From: Azolla caroliniana | Lineage: Eukaryota > Plantae > Polypodiophyta | Reading direction: 5' to 3' | NCBI GenBank assembly: GCA_043228905.1 | Contig: JBHGNT010000009.1 | Span: forward strand, 7,440,001-7,504,000 | Length of the DNA stretch: 64,000 nt | Shown here: positions 1 through 12,604 of the stretch, one piece after another | Layout of the letters: each line of letters begins with the position of its first letter | How positions within the stretch are numbered: position 1 is the first letter of the stretch | Notes under the pieces: generated by a model | What the model was told of the DNA's origin: nothing | Database searches by the model: none | What the model saw: only the letters and a program-made list of their open reading frames with translations | Translations under genes and position numbers: made by a program

Positions 1-1623
1 CATGTGGTTGCATTAAAGTGAACAATTCAAGATTTATTGACCTACTAGCTTAATGGTCTTGAACATAAATCTCTAACTTTGTGTTGAGCTACACCACAAT
101 GATGGGAGAATCATCATCTTGATTGTTGCGAAATGATTCTTGTCACCGTGATTCTTAGAAGTCTTTATATAATGCTTCCTACTGTATGTTTTGAAATTTA
201 GACCAACACGATAATCTTGTAAACTTTGAAGCATTAACTTAAAGTTGACCTTGCACATCTCATGCTCAAACCATATGTATTGGCTATGATCATGCGTGGA
301 ATCATATGCCTTAGCAAATATCATGTTTGAAAACTAGAACAATGTCGTAATCTTAAGAATCTATATTCAAAAACTTAGGTTACTACCCTAGCATAATTCA
401 TGTTAGAATTGTATACCTTGGGCTACCATCATGTTTGTATATTTGCAAGCCAAAACACCCAATACATATAGTAACTCATGAATCTTACATAGGATTGTTG
501 GATGCTTATTATTTTGGCGATACACTTTGATACCACATTGTGCAAGCACATCAAGGCACATGTTGTCAAAAGGAGACATGCTTGCCAAAATGCTATAGTT
601 AAATAGCTTGGTTAGGAGGATTTCCTTAAAAATTAATAATATGAAGAAAGACCATGAATGGAGTATACCAATAATAGTGAGAGTCTAAAGTATGTAATAG
701 CACACATATTTCCAATCAAACAACATTGATATGATGAAACTATCCCCGATGATTCCATAAGGACATGGCGAAGAGGAGAGGAAGGGAAATGCATCCAAAT
801 AATCAGGAACTCTTTATTTCCTTGAATGCCCTAAAGTTTTCACTATCTCTCAACTTAGTTAGAACCAACTTGAGTAAATGTACGTGTGCTATTTGGCAAC
901 ATATATAGTTGATCGATATCCTCATGTATAGCTAAGATTGTCTTGAGATTGTTGTGGTAAAGCTCAAAACCAAATGGTAAAATTTGGGGCTTTACCACAA
1001 CGTTAGAATTGGGGATTTATTTTAAAGAGAGAGAGAGAGCAAGAATATACATACATGTGTAAATTGTAATAAAGAATAAGAATTACAAGCATATTTTTAT
1101 AATCTCATTTAAAAACCAAAACTGAATCAAACTCGCCCCCGAAAAAACCTTGGCATAAGAACTAGACAAATAAATAACTAAATAAATAAAAGTAAAAACA
1201 AAATATAAAAAAAAATCTAAACTGGTAAAAAAGAAAGAAAGAAAGTACGGGGGAGTAGTAAAATTGTCAACTGTACCAAAAGTTTCTTTACCGGATACCA
1301 CCGGTAAAAAAGCACGAGTTTTTACAGAGCAGTCCCGGTAAAAAGAAGAAGAAGAAGAAGAAAAAACTAATAAAGCCTTAAAAAGAAAGAAATAAAAGGA
1401 AAACAAACCTGTCAACTGTCATCATGACCCAGAGTGCCATCGTGGCCAGCGTGGCAAGCCTAGAAGAAAAGAAAAAGAAAATAAAGTGGGAAAAAAAAAG
1501 GGGGGGCCAGACACAGGAAGATTGAAAGCAGCAATTGAAAAGAGGGACAAAAATGAAATAAATCGATAAGTAAAGAAAAAGCTAAAATCGAAAAGAAAAG
1601 AAAGATAATTATGAAATTACTAA

Positions 1624-1649
1624 GCCGGCGGGTGACGTCACCCGCCGGC
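1624..1649. promoter_or_regulatory. 26-bp perfect palindrome centred on TGACGTCA (bZIP C-box/CRE-like), ~1.7 kb upstream of the HAM start
   Basis: gccggcgggtgac|gtcacccgccggc is its own reverse complement; it is a GC-rich island in A-rich flanks. The regulatory function is inferred. Confidence 0.45.
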
Positions 1650-2705
1650 CGGGGGAGGGACGTTGTAGTTTAATATTAGACTTTCTTTGCTATTTGGACT
1701 TTAGGACGTCCTTTTAAATGGGTGGGTGGGGTGGAGGTTACCGGCGGTAGCCGGGTGCTATATTGTGTGGTGAGAAAAAGCCAGGCCCGTGTGACCGGCG
1801 CGCACAGACAAGGACCGCCCATGAAAGGTTTTCTGGTAGCTGCCTCTGCAGTTCCTCGGCTCTGACCGCGCGCCGATAATGTCCCGCTAGAACAGAAAAA
1901 GATCCCAGAAGGCCGCCAAATGGTGTCTTTTATCTCCTCGTTGGTCTTCTCTTCGCTGGGTTGGGTCCCTCGGTTTCGCCTTTTCCTTTCCAACCCCCTC
2001 ACGTGCGGCGCACAGTAAAGTTAAAGCGGCTCCAGAAAAGCAAGAAGAAAGTAAAACAAAATGAAAAAAGCGACCTGGATTTTAATTCTACGTAAATGTA
2101 GTAATAATAATAATAATAATAATAATTCAATAATGAGGAAATTTCACCTGATTGGAATGTGTATCGCGGTTTTCAAACGTTATCATTTCGTTTTCCTATT
2201 ATTATTATTATTATTATTATTATGTGTAGATGTTGTAGTAGTAGTAGCGTTTGCCGTCGTCGTCATTGTTTTCGATTGATTGGATAAATATTCTCAAAAG
2301 AACCAGGAAATAAATCAAATGGATTTCAAAACAATGAATGTCCTCCTTTCCTTGTCTTGTCTTAATTTAAGCTCACACAAATTGACGCGATTAAGGCGAG
2401 AAAGTTAGGCATTCTGCAAACTGAAGTTTGGATTCATGTCAAGAATTTTTTTGTTTACATAATCAATTGAAAATCCGGGATGAGCCAAATAAGCCAGATT
2501 TGATAAATTAAAGATTAAAAATGTGATTGATGATGTGGGGGCTTTTTTGTTTTGGGGGGGGGGGGGGGGGGTTGTTCAATAATAAAAAAACAATTTTACA
2601 AAAGTAGAAGAAAATTGGTCGGAATTTAGCGCGTTCACACTTGTCCGCCCGTCCATCCGTCCGTGCGTGCGTGCGTCCGCCCGCCCATTCAGCTATGTTT
2701 GTGTT

Positions 2706-2905
2706 GAGAGAGAGGACACAGAGTCTAGAGAGAGATGGAGAGACCCTAGAGAGAGAAAGAGAGAGATAGACAGACAGACAGACAAGGAGGGGTGGGGCCC
2801 ATCTTCCACCAATTCCAATGCAAATGCCAACCCCTTTTTTACCCCCAGCGTTTTTGTTAAACAATTCCTCTCTCTCTTTCTCTCTCTCTGTCTCTCTCTC
2901 TGTGT
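2706..2905 (+). repeat. GA/CT-rich microsatellite tracts in the proximal promoter/5' leader of the GRAS gene
   Basis: Degenerate (GA)n/(GACA)n at ~2706-2785 and (CT)n at ~2868-2905, typical of plant promoters and 5'UTRs. Confidence 0.6.
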
Positions 2906-3306
2906 CTGCCTATGCCTCTCATATCAGAAGGGGCTCCTGCCTACTTTCAATGGCAGACCCTAGTCTGATCAGTATCAGACAAGCTTGCAGCCATAGCCTC
3001 CTCCTCCTCTCTGCACATCTCTCTTTTCCACCACTCCTCCCTCTTCTTTTTCTTCTTCTTCGTCTTCTCCTTAATCCTTAATTATGTACTGCTACCACCA
3101 CTGCACGCATTATAATGCTGCCTATATCTCCTCCTGATGCTCCCTTCTACTGCTAATTCTTCCCTAATTCCCATTCCCAACACATCTGCTCTCTCTCCCT
3201 CGTCTTCTTCATCTTCCTCTCTCTAATCCATTCGCAAAGACCAGTTAACGATCCAGTCCAAACTCTCCTCCATCTTTCTCAATTCTGCCGCTGTCTGTCT
3301 CTGTGA

Positions 3307-5780
3307 ATGAGCGCGATGCTTCTTGGCAGGGAGGAGTATTTCCCACCAGGAGTGATTAGCAGCAGCGACGTTAATTATGAGATCCGCGTGAAGAGCAATT
3401 ATTCCGAAGACCTGCAGCAGCAGCAGAACCTGCTGGGCAAATCGTGGCCGTTGATGATGGCCAACGGAGGAGGGATGATTGGCAGGCAATCGACGGTCCT
3501 GATGGAGCCCACGTCAGTGCTGGACAGGAATATAATACGGAGCCCGAGCCCGAGCTCCACGTCCACCCTGTCGTCGTCGCTCTCTGACGGCGCCGTCTTC
3601 TGCACTTACGGTGGTAGTACTCAGGCTATGGCGCCGTCTTCTCCCGTCAGGAGCGGCAGCGATTTCAGCCATGAATTCTCTCAGCTTTTTTTCCCGCCGC
3701 CAGCACCCGAGGTCGCAGAGGGAAGTTTGGAAGCTTGCGTGATGTCTAGCTACAGAAGGAAGAGAGATCGAGATCATGGTGGCCAGTATGACGGATTTCT
3801 GAATGGCTTGGATGATGGCGATCATCCTCAGAAGAGCAAGAAGAATGACTGTAATTTGAGTGGAATGATTCCTGACTGTAATTTATCTGGAATGATTCCT
3901 GGCCAGTTTGCGCTGCCTGTCGAATTAAATCATCCGAGCCTCTCCGATGGTGGTGATGATTCTGCGTGTGGCAGATTACGAGAGCAGCTCGATCTCTATG
4001 AGGCGGTGCAAGCACTGTATATGTCGCCTTCATCGTCAGGCACCTCTTATGCGAGCCCTGCCGCTGGGTCGAACCCTATGCCGGTAATTACTTCCTTTCC
4101 TCCCTTCTATACCCATAATAATCATAATACTGCACCTCAGAATCCGTCCTACACATTGCATCCCCATCATTCTTATCGTCACCATCCTCCCCTGATCAAT
4201 AATACGCCGAGCTGTGCGGCTAATCCCATCGGTGCACTGGTCCGATCGGTGCAGCAGCTACCGGCGGTTCTTGATTCGAAATCACCTGCTCCTGCTCCTG
4301 TTCCTGCTGCAGCCGGCTCCACGCACAGTGTTCATAATCTGTCTCAATTCACCCAACTTGACCGGATCATGGTCGCCTCCAAGGACGGCATCCCGTCATC
4401 GGAGAATACAGAACTAGCAGGGAGGTTGCAGCTCCAAGAGCCTCATCGCTCTAATGCGAACTGGTACCCTCACCAGAATGGGTCAATCCGTTATCCTGCA
4501 CAGGGCCACCATAGCTATGGGGTCTGCCAACAGACCAAACATGGTGTGAATGCGTGGCAAGATGTGGCGGTGGGGCACGGGATGAGGCTAGATGAGCTAT
4601 TGCTGGCTGGGCATCACCTCTGGGCGGCGGCAGCGGAGCTGGCGGTGGAGGCAGGTGCAGCCCATGGCCACCTCCCGGGGGTCCGTCCCCCACATTACGA
4701 TCGGGATTGGGACAGGGATCGGGTGCCCCTCGGTGGCGGTGGCCCCTCTTCGTTGGCTCGACAGGCGATATTGGCGCGGCTCAATCAGCAAATAGTCTCT
4801 ATTTGCTCCCCCAATTCACAACAACCTTGGCACCGCGCGATCTTCCGCTTCAAGGAAGCTCTCGCCACAACGTGCATCCTCAACACTTCTTCTTCCTCCT
4901 CCTCCTCCTATGCCATTACTGCCAATCCTCTTCCTTGTTGTCCGCCCGATATCATCCACAAGATTGGGGCATTCAAGCGGTTCTGCGAGCTCTCCCCGAT
5001 CCCGCAATTCGCGCACTTCATCCCCAACCAAGCAATCCTGGACGCCACCCAGGGGGAGAGCTCCATCCACATCATCGATTTCGAGCTCGGGTTTGGTGGG
5101 CAGTGGGCCTCCTTGATCCAAGAGTTCGGCCGGAGAGGCGGGAAGGAGCTGAAGCTAACCGCCGTAACAATCCCAGCCCCGTGGAGGAATCAGAGCACGA
5201 GCGATCCATCGGGCCGGCTCGAGTTCGGGCTCGCAAGGGAGAATCTTCTAGAATTTGCGAGGGAAGCGGGGCTACACCTGGAGGTGGAAGCCATGTCTTT
5301 GGAGAAGACAATGGAAGTGATGAGAAGAAAGGTGGGGAACCAAGAAGTTGTGGCGGTGAATTTCGGCTTCTTCGGTATGAGCCGGGCTATGGCATATCTA
5401 CAATCCTCATCCTCATCATCCTTCACTACTACTGTGTCTAGTGATCATGAAAACTGTATCAGAGAGGAGGCAGTGGTGTCTTCGTTCCTGTCGTGGATAA
5501 GGCGGCTCGAGCCGAGAGTGGTGGCAGTGGTAGAAATGGAAGAAGAATCATCGCCATTGTCGTCCGTGTCTTGGTCTCGCAGACATATGTTTGAACACAA
5601 GCTTGAATCCTTTGCCTGCGTGTTTGAATCCCTTCAAGAAGCATCCATGGCATCATCGGGGGCTCCCCCATCGAGCTGCTTCGACCCTGACTCTATGTAT
5701 GAAATAGAGAGACTTATCTTAGGGCCCAAGATTGAAGATACAGTGTATGAAGCTTTCTTTAATCATCATCATCAACAACA

Positions 5781-5815
<35 letters not shown>

Positions 5816-5999
5816 ATAGTAGTAGTAGCAACAGCAGTAGTGGTAGCAGTAGCAATAGTATAAGCTCTCTGCCATGGCGAGCGGTCTTGCTAAAAGCAGG
5901 ATTCGTACTATTGCGTTGATACCACTGCAGAGAGCCAAGCTTCCTGTTTGGTGAAGATGAACAAGCATTCAGGGTTCAATTTTAGGAAGCAACAAGAGA
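3307..5999 (+). CDS. HAM: GRAS transcription factor, HAM/SCL6/LOM subfamily. Intronless; 3' end lost in the assembly gap; apparent frameshift at ~5905-5918
   Basis: 870-aa ORF with 'EPTSVLD..RSPSPSSTSTLSSS', 'QAILARLNQQ', 'IHKIGAFKRFCELSPIPQFAHF..NQAILDA', the VHIID variant 'IHIIDFELGFGGQWASLIQE', 'IERLILGPKIE' and 'PWRAVLLKAGF'. The SAW domain continues in the +1 frame from 5918 as DTTAESQASCLVKMNKHSGFNFRKQQE up to the gap. Confidence 0.93.
3847..3900 (+). repeat. 27-bp in-frame tandem duplication (DCNLSGMIP x2) in the HAM N-terminus
   Basis: gactgtaatttgagtggaatgattcct / gactgtaatttatctggaatgattcct; the copies differ only at synonymous positions. Confidence 0.9.
4767..4787 (+). promoter_or_regulatory. 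miR171 target site
   Basis: GATATTGGCGCGGCTCAATCA is the exact complement of miR171 (UGAUUGAGCCGCGCCAAUAUC) and overlaps the ILARLN codons, as in known HAM/SCL6 genes. Confidence 0.97.
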
Positions 6000-6099
6000 N
6001 NNNNNNNNNNNNNNNNNNNNNNNNNNNNNNNNNNNNNNNNNNNNNNNNNNNNNNNNNNNNNNNNNNNNNNNNNNNNNNNNNNNNNNNNNNNNNNNNNNN
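6000..6099. other. Assembly gap (100 N, placeholder length)
   Basis: Exactly 100 N; the HAM frame does not resume on the right side. Confidence 0.99.
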
Positions 6100-8429
6100 A
6101 ATGGGGTACGTAAATGCGGTATAATGTTCAATTTCAACCATTGAAATTTTGTACCAGAGTTACCATTTATTGAGTTCGCCTCATCCGACTTCCACAAAAT
6201 TTTGTCAAGGTCATTCGTTATGGCACCAATGTTGCAAAATGGTTTACATTATAGTCATGGAAGAAACATTCATTTGATCTCTCTAGATGGGCTAGAAGAA
6301 GACACTCATTTTTCCTTTTGAAGGAATGAAAACCTAAGAGTGTTGTGTTTCTATTACAATGTCAATTAGTATCAAACATAATTCCTTTGACATTTTTCTC
6401 ATTCATTAGATAATGTATAGGATAGAAAAACACAAAAATAAATCCTCATCAGGTTGCCTCGATAAACAAACACTTCTTTTCATGAAGTAGAAAGGGTTTA
6501 GTAAGCCAATTTTCGAAACAAGTAAAATTCATGCTATATTTTTGAGGTATCTTTCATTCCCCACAATTTTCACTTAGACAATTTATGTGCATAGAATTTG
6601 GTTAAAAGAATTATGTTTTATATTTGGCATTCATGGTCCTAAGGTCGAGCAGAAAAGAGGGTGGTGGTTTTCATGTAGTGAGTATTTGTACATAGAAATT
6701 TGTAGCTCATGTTAATTTCAAGTACTGTAAAGCGTTGTCCGAAAGGCCTACATACATAGCCTGCAAGTCACACAATCTTATGCGTTGGATAGGGTATTGC
6801 TATAACCAATGTGTCATAAAAAAGTGACGGAGTTACAGTTGCTTCTTGATCATATGCAAACATTACCAAAGTTCTAGTACAACTTAAAAGACTAGCTTCA
6901 AAGTTTCACAAATTGAATTTGGTTAAAACAATATTGTATAATAAAATTTATCTTTTACAAATTTCTGTGTCAGCCAATTCTATCAATCAAAATCATTGAG
7001 TGATTCAAGATGATCACATGATGTTTGTTGAAATAGTTGCAATCTATCACAATTTGTCTAAATAGATCCTCCTTCAGTGTTCAATATCTTCGTTTGGTTA
7101 TTTGAGGAGGTTACTTTTTCTAGAAAACAATATATACTATGTTGAAAGATTAGACGGATTATATAAAAGACAAGCTATTAATTTCTTTCTTGTATGTCAT
7201 TGGGAACTAATAATACAACACTTGCTTCCATTTTCCTATGATACAATGAGAAAAGATGAAACTAAACATACTTTTAAAAGGAAGGAGGTGGAGCACATTG
7301 TAGGGAAAACAAGTACTACAATTCAACTAAGATTTTTCTTAGGTCCATCAATTTGCCAAGTATAATTTTGTTTTATATCATTTATACCCTCCAAGTTTCT
7401 TCCCATGTTTACCATCCTTCCGTGATAAAAGCTTGTCTTTAGTACTAGCTACCCTTCTTTAAGTTCATTTTTTGAGATCGTATAATGTCTAAGTTTCACC
7501 TTGATGTGATGTGTGATGTTTTTTTTGTTAGCATGTGTTAGTACATAGAGATGTATGGATTTGCTTGAGAGACATAGATCCGAGTGAGGGGGTCTTTATA
7601 GAGCACCATTGTTTTAGAGAAAACTCGTCTTACTCTTTCTCCAACGGATGGTTACATCTCGATACATTGAACAAAGAACTCCTTAGACACACAAAAATAT
7701 TGCTCACACTTAGCCAAAGAGAATATCGTCAGAAGGTTCAACATTTAATGGATTTAAGAACCGAACATAGGTTTTTGACATTCCACCCTTAAAAGGTAAC
7801 AATAATGTCGTCGTAGAAGAGCTATTTGTAATATAATGGTGTATACAAAAAACACTTAATGGTAAAATGTCATACAATTAAATTTACTATTACTTGGAAA
7901 TAAGGTATGTACATAAGTTGAAGCCCTGAAATAAATTGTCCATGAAAATACATATTCTGAACTTGACGCCATGAAGTAAAATGTCACACGATTATATAAC
8001 TCATTTCAAAATTTCTTTGAATTTCCAGAATGGCCTGGTTGGAATCCAAAGTTCGCAAAAGGAGTGGGAGGGCAAAGGAGAGTTACTTCTTGCTAGCCTC
8101 TCTTCTCATACCTTACATGGATTTATATTTGATAGATTTTGATGCCATAATGCAACTTCAATACCTAGTTTGTGTGAGTGACTGTGAGGGCTCTACGAGT
8201 TTCAAGTGACGATTGACTTTTTGAACTTCGTCAAGAAGAGTGTGTGACATAAAGGTTTCAATATTTCCAACGATATATAACACCAATGTTAGCATCACTT
8301 GCCTTGTCAAGTTGACTGTCTTTAGAGGCAACAGATACCCACGTCCCAATGGAGATTGATTGAGCTCAATTCAAGCTTGAAACGGATGCCTAAAATGCCT
8401 TCAAGTTACTAAAGCAACCATTCATCACA

Positions 8430-9130
8430 ACCCTTGTACTCTTACATCCTAACCCAACCAAGCATTTCTAGCTCAACACTGATGCCTTTGATTTTGTAAC
8501 TGAACCATTCTATCCTAGCTTGATGATAGATCAACATTTTTCATCTAGTGGCCTACTACTCTAGAAAGTTCATTGCTCTAGAAATCAACTACTAGGTATA
8601 TGACATAGAGTTTGTTGCTATTGTGACAACTTTCAAAGATTGGTGACCTTATTTGGCTGGGGCACAACACCATGTCTAAGTGATAACCCAATCACAAGAA
8701 TTTTCTCTACGTCTCAACCACTCGAGCGTTGAGTCGACATCAAGCTCATTTTTCAATGTTTTTAATTAAGTATGAACATCAAGCTCACCATTGCTAATGA
8801 ATGACACAAGGATCTAGCTAACCATCATTGATTAAGTACTCCCAATTTTTAGGTAGGCGATTTTGGTTTGGCTCCTATCCTGAAACATTTCCAGTAGTCA
8901 CCCTTTCATGAAGTTGGACTACAAGAAGTTGGGATATTTCTTAATTTTTGAGAAAATTAACTCGGTGGTTTTTCACTTAGAACCCCCTTCACATTTAAGG
9001 ATTCATAATGTCTTCCATGTATCCCTTCTTCAACATCACCATCCATCTCCGATTTCGGGACACCATCCTTTCTCCTCCCCCACCAATCCAATTGTCAACA
9101 TGGGAAGAGTATGAGTACTTGACTCTTGCC
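8430..9130 (+). mobile_element. Heavily degraded, internally deleted Ty3/Gypsy relic (RNase H plus integrase C-terminus)
   Basis: Broken translation 'LNTDAFDF...VAYYSRKF..LEINY.VYD.EFVAIV..FKDW.PYLAGA', then 'KLDYKKLGYF...LRIHNVFHVSLL'. Confidence 0.75.
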
Positions 9131-12078
9131 TCCTTCATTAACAACAGAGTAACCCATCTCAGAAGCAACATAGGATTCAACTTAGAATTTAAAGGATTTC
9201 ATTGGAGTAGTCCTAGATTTAGAGCCTTTTCATTCTAGAAATACTTGGAAACTTCTAGAAACTTTTAGAGCATGCATTCTAGAAATATTTGAAAAGTTTA
9301 ATAAACTTCTACAAACGAAAAGTTCAATGAACTTCTAGAGTGTGCATGCACATGTGGAAAATAATAATAATTATAAGCAAAAATTAATAAATGAATATTA
9401 GCAATAGTTATTAGTTCTTAGGAATACGGTTTCCTTCATGAGAAGGAAACCGTAACTGTATCGGTGGTGGTCTTATAAAGCCACCACCAATGATGTAATA
9501 GTTAGGCATTATTATTAATATATAATAGACGATTCTCTGTTTCCCTCAATCTCTCTCTCTCTTCTTTCTATCTCTCTTTCTTCTCTCTCTCTCTTCTTTT
9601 CCTACATGGTATCAGAGCCAATGACCTATAACCTAATAACCCAATAGCCTATGCCTTTCTAAAATCACAAAAGACATGCCCTCATCATAATTTAACCTTT
9701 ATAGCCATATAAAACAAATCAAATTCGTAGTGTCCAAAATCGTCAAAATAACAAAAGACAATTTTGTGTTTATTGTGTGCTGATCCGGAAAACCCTCTGC
9801 AATAATGGCACAATCTATGTCGTCGTCGCAACTCAACATGCGAAAATTCACGATCGAGAAATTATCGGACACAAATTATCGAATATGGAAGGTAAGATTA
9901 TAATTACTTTTTAAATATAATAAATTATGGGATATAATTTCAGGATCGTCAACAAAACCTGAAAAAGGCGAAGAACTTGAAGAATATGAGGAAAAAGACT
10001 TATACGCAAGAATGGAAATTCTAGTGCACGTAAGTGATGGCATTGGAGAAACATTACAAAAAATGGAGACGGCTCAAGAAATGTGGAAGCACTTACAAAC
10101 TATCTACGAACCGAAAAACGATGCCCAACAAGCGCTTGTTAATTACAAAATGAATGACGAACAACCGGTTGGTGAATTTCTATTAATACGGCAAAAGAAT
10201 TTAGATGATGTGTTAACTTCGGGATTAGAAATCCATGATAAATTACAAAAGATTCTCCTTCTTGGTGCTCTTCCTCACTCGTGGTCCACTTTCAGAACCA
10301 CCCAAAACTCTATAAATTGTCCAACTCTAATTGATCTTCTTGCAAATATTAGACAGGAAGAAATAATGCATTCACAAAGGTCTTCAAATTCAACTCCAAG
10401 TGTGCCAATGTTAGCATACAAAAACCGAAGATTCACTCAAAAAGGAGAAAGATCAAAGCCATGGATAAAGAAAGATCAAAACACTAAACAAGGAGGGATG
10501 CGGTTCAACAACATCTATTGTAAAATATGCAAATGTTCTAATCATGCAACAAAAGATTGTCGCGCAAAGTCAAATTTCAAGAATTATCAACCTTGGAGGT
10601 GTGTGCAAGCCCATCTTGTTGAAGAAGAGATGGATGATGATAAAACCATAGGAAATGGATATCAAAATGGTGACAAGTATGACGATGTTCTTCAAGAATT
10701 CATTGTTGAATCACTTTCCGCCACGATTCCAAATCCAAGTAATGTAAATGACATGGTATCTTGACACTGGTGCCACTAACCACTTAACTAATAGGAAAGA
10801 TTGGTTATGTAATTATAAGGAAGTTGAACCCCCTATCATTGTAAGATTTGGAAATAATGGGACTAAACAAGCTATTGGCAAGGGTGATATTACTTTTGAA
10901 GTCACAGGAGGAAGACATTTCACAATCAATGAAGTTCTCTATGTCTCGGGCATCACCAAACATTTTCTATCGGTTAGTCAAGCAACGACAAATGGTACTA
11001 TTATTGAGTTTCATCATAACCATGCTATTATTATACATAAAGTCACAAATGGAGAACTTGATAGAAATTGTTGCAAACGAGAAGGAGGATTATATCCCAT
11101 AAAATGTATTCCTACATGTCTTATTTTAGAAGCACATCATCCTACCCCAATTCAATCCTCTATATCTCTAACTAATCTACATTCTCCCTCTTCTCTTTGG
11201 CATTTTCGTCTAGGCCATATGCATTTCAATGCTCTAAAAACATTACAATGTAATAATCTAGTCCATGGTTTGCCAAAAGAACCTTTCAAGCCCATCTCTT
11301 TGTGTGAAAGTTGTATCCTTGGGAAAATGCCCCAACAGATCAAGAGCCTCTACCCCTCTTGCATTAGTACATAGTGATCTACGTGGACCTTTTCCAACCC
11401 CTTCTCTTAGTGGAGACAAATATTTCATTAGCTTTATAAATGACTTTAGTCGATTTACAATCTTGCATTTTCTCAAGTATAAAAGTCAAGCTTATCAAGC
11501 ATTCAAAGAATACAAGGCTTGAGTTGAAGTGCAAAACATCATCAAAGATTAAAAGTCTTCAAACCAATGGTGGTGGTGAGTATATGTCTCATAAATTTCA
11601 AAGTTTGTATCAAAATGAAGGCATACATCATAGAATATCAACACCACACACACCACAACAAAATGGTGTATCTGAAAGGAAGAATAGATCACTTCTCAAT
11701 ATGGCTCAAAGTATGTTACAATTTTCTCACTTATCGCCTCAATTTTGGGAGGAAGCAGTTGGCACCGCTTGCTATATTCAAAATCGAGGATTTCATAGAT
11801 CTTTGGGGCTCCAAACCCCTTATGAACGATGACATGGTCATAAACCTAACTTAAGTAACCTTCGTATTTTTGGTTGTGATGCTTATGTTTTTGTGCCAAA
11901 TGTTCAAAGAAATAAGCTAGATCCAAGGGCTTCAAAATCAATTTTCATTGGACATGGAGAAGATTCGGGATACAAGGAATACAAGCTCTATGATCCACAA
12001 AAGCAAAGAATATTCTTTAGTCGCAATGTGATATTCCAAGAAAATGAGCTTTCTACAAAGGTTTCTTCTTCCCTTTCT

Positions 12079-12375
12079 GGGTGAAAGCATGCGAATGGAA
12101 ACACTATTATAGCTATTTAGCTGCTAAAATGACCGCAGCTAAATAGTTTTTTTTATAGCTAATTTTTAGTAGGAAGATCTTAAAGATATGTATCATTTAT
12201 TATGGAGATGGAAATATTACCATTTATGGTCCACCGTTTAGCTAGTCTTTTTCTGAGATCAAATTCTAATCATCCCTAAATTTGCCAAAATATACAGATT
12301 ACATGTAGCTTTTTAGATAGCTAATTAGCTATGTCAAGGAGATAGCTAATTGTTCCCATTCCCATGCTTTCACCC
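12079..12375. mobile_element. 297-bp MITE with 25-bp TIRs (GGG...CCC) and a 4-bp TSD, inserted in Copia 1
   Basis: Left TIR gggtgaaagcatgcgaatggaaaca; reverse complement of the right end gggtgaaagcatgggaatgggaaca (2 mismatches). TTCT at 12075-12078 and 12376-12379. AT-rich interior with repeated TAGCTA. Confidence 0.88.
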
Positions 12376-12604
12376 TTCTTCTAATCTACCTCCTTTATTA
12401 CCTACCCCTACCCACTTACAACCATCTTCCTCAACCATCTCTAATATTAATAGCTCCCATAGTGACGGAGCCAACATTGGCTCATCCTCTACTTCCTCTA
12501 CATCTAATCACAAGGCAAAGGTCAATCCTACTCAACCAACTAATTCTTCTTCTAATCATTCCTCATTCCAATCTCTAGATGATTCTCTTCCTCATACTCC
12601 TTTA

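Noticed and set aside
1-1010. Possible old minus-strand LTR element (PBS-like tggtatcaaag near 525-535)
   Set aside because: No second LTR, TSD or recognisable protein motif in the window; too degraded to call.
2667-3140. Upstream ORFs in the HAM leader
   Set aside because: Mostly translated microsatellite; the transcription start is unknown and there is no conservation evidence, so a functional uORF cannot be supported.
4707-5441. 244-aa alternative-frame ORF and antisense ORFs overlapping the GRAS domain
   Set aside because: Shadow ORFs expected in GC-rich coding DNA; no recognisable motifs.
6100-8400. Continuation of the HAM gene or another gene after the gap
   Set aside because: No SAW-motif codons or credible exons; the short ORFs lack recognisable similarity.
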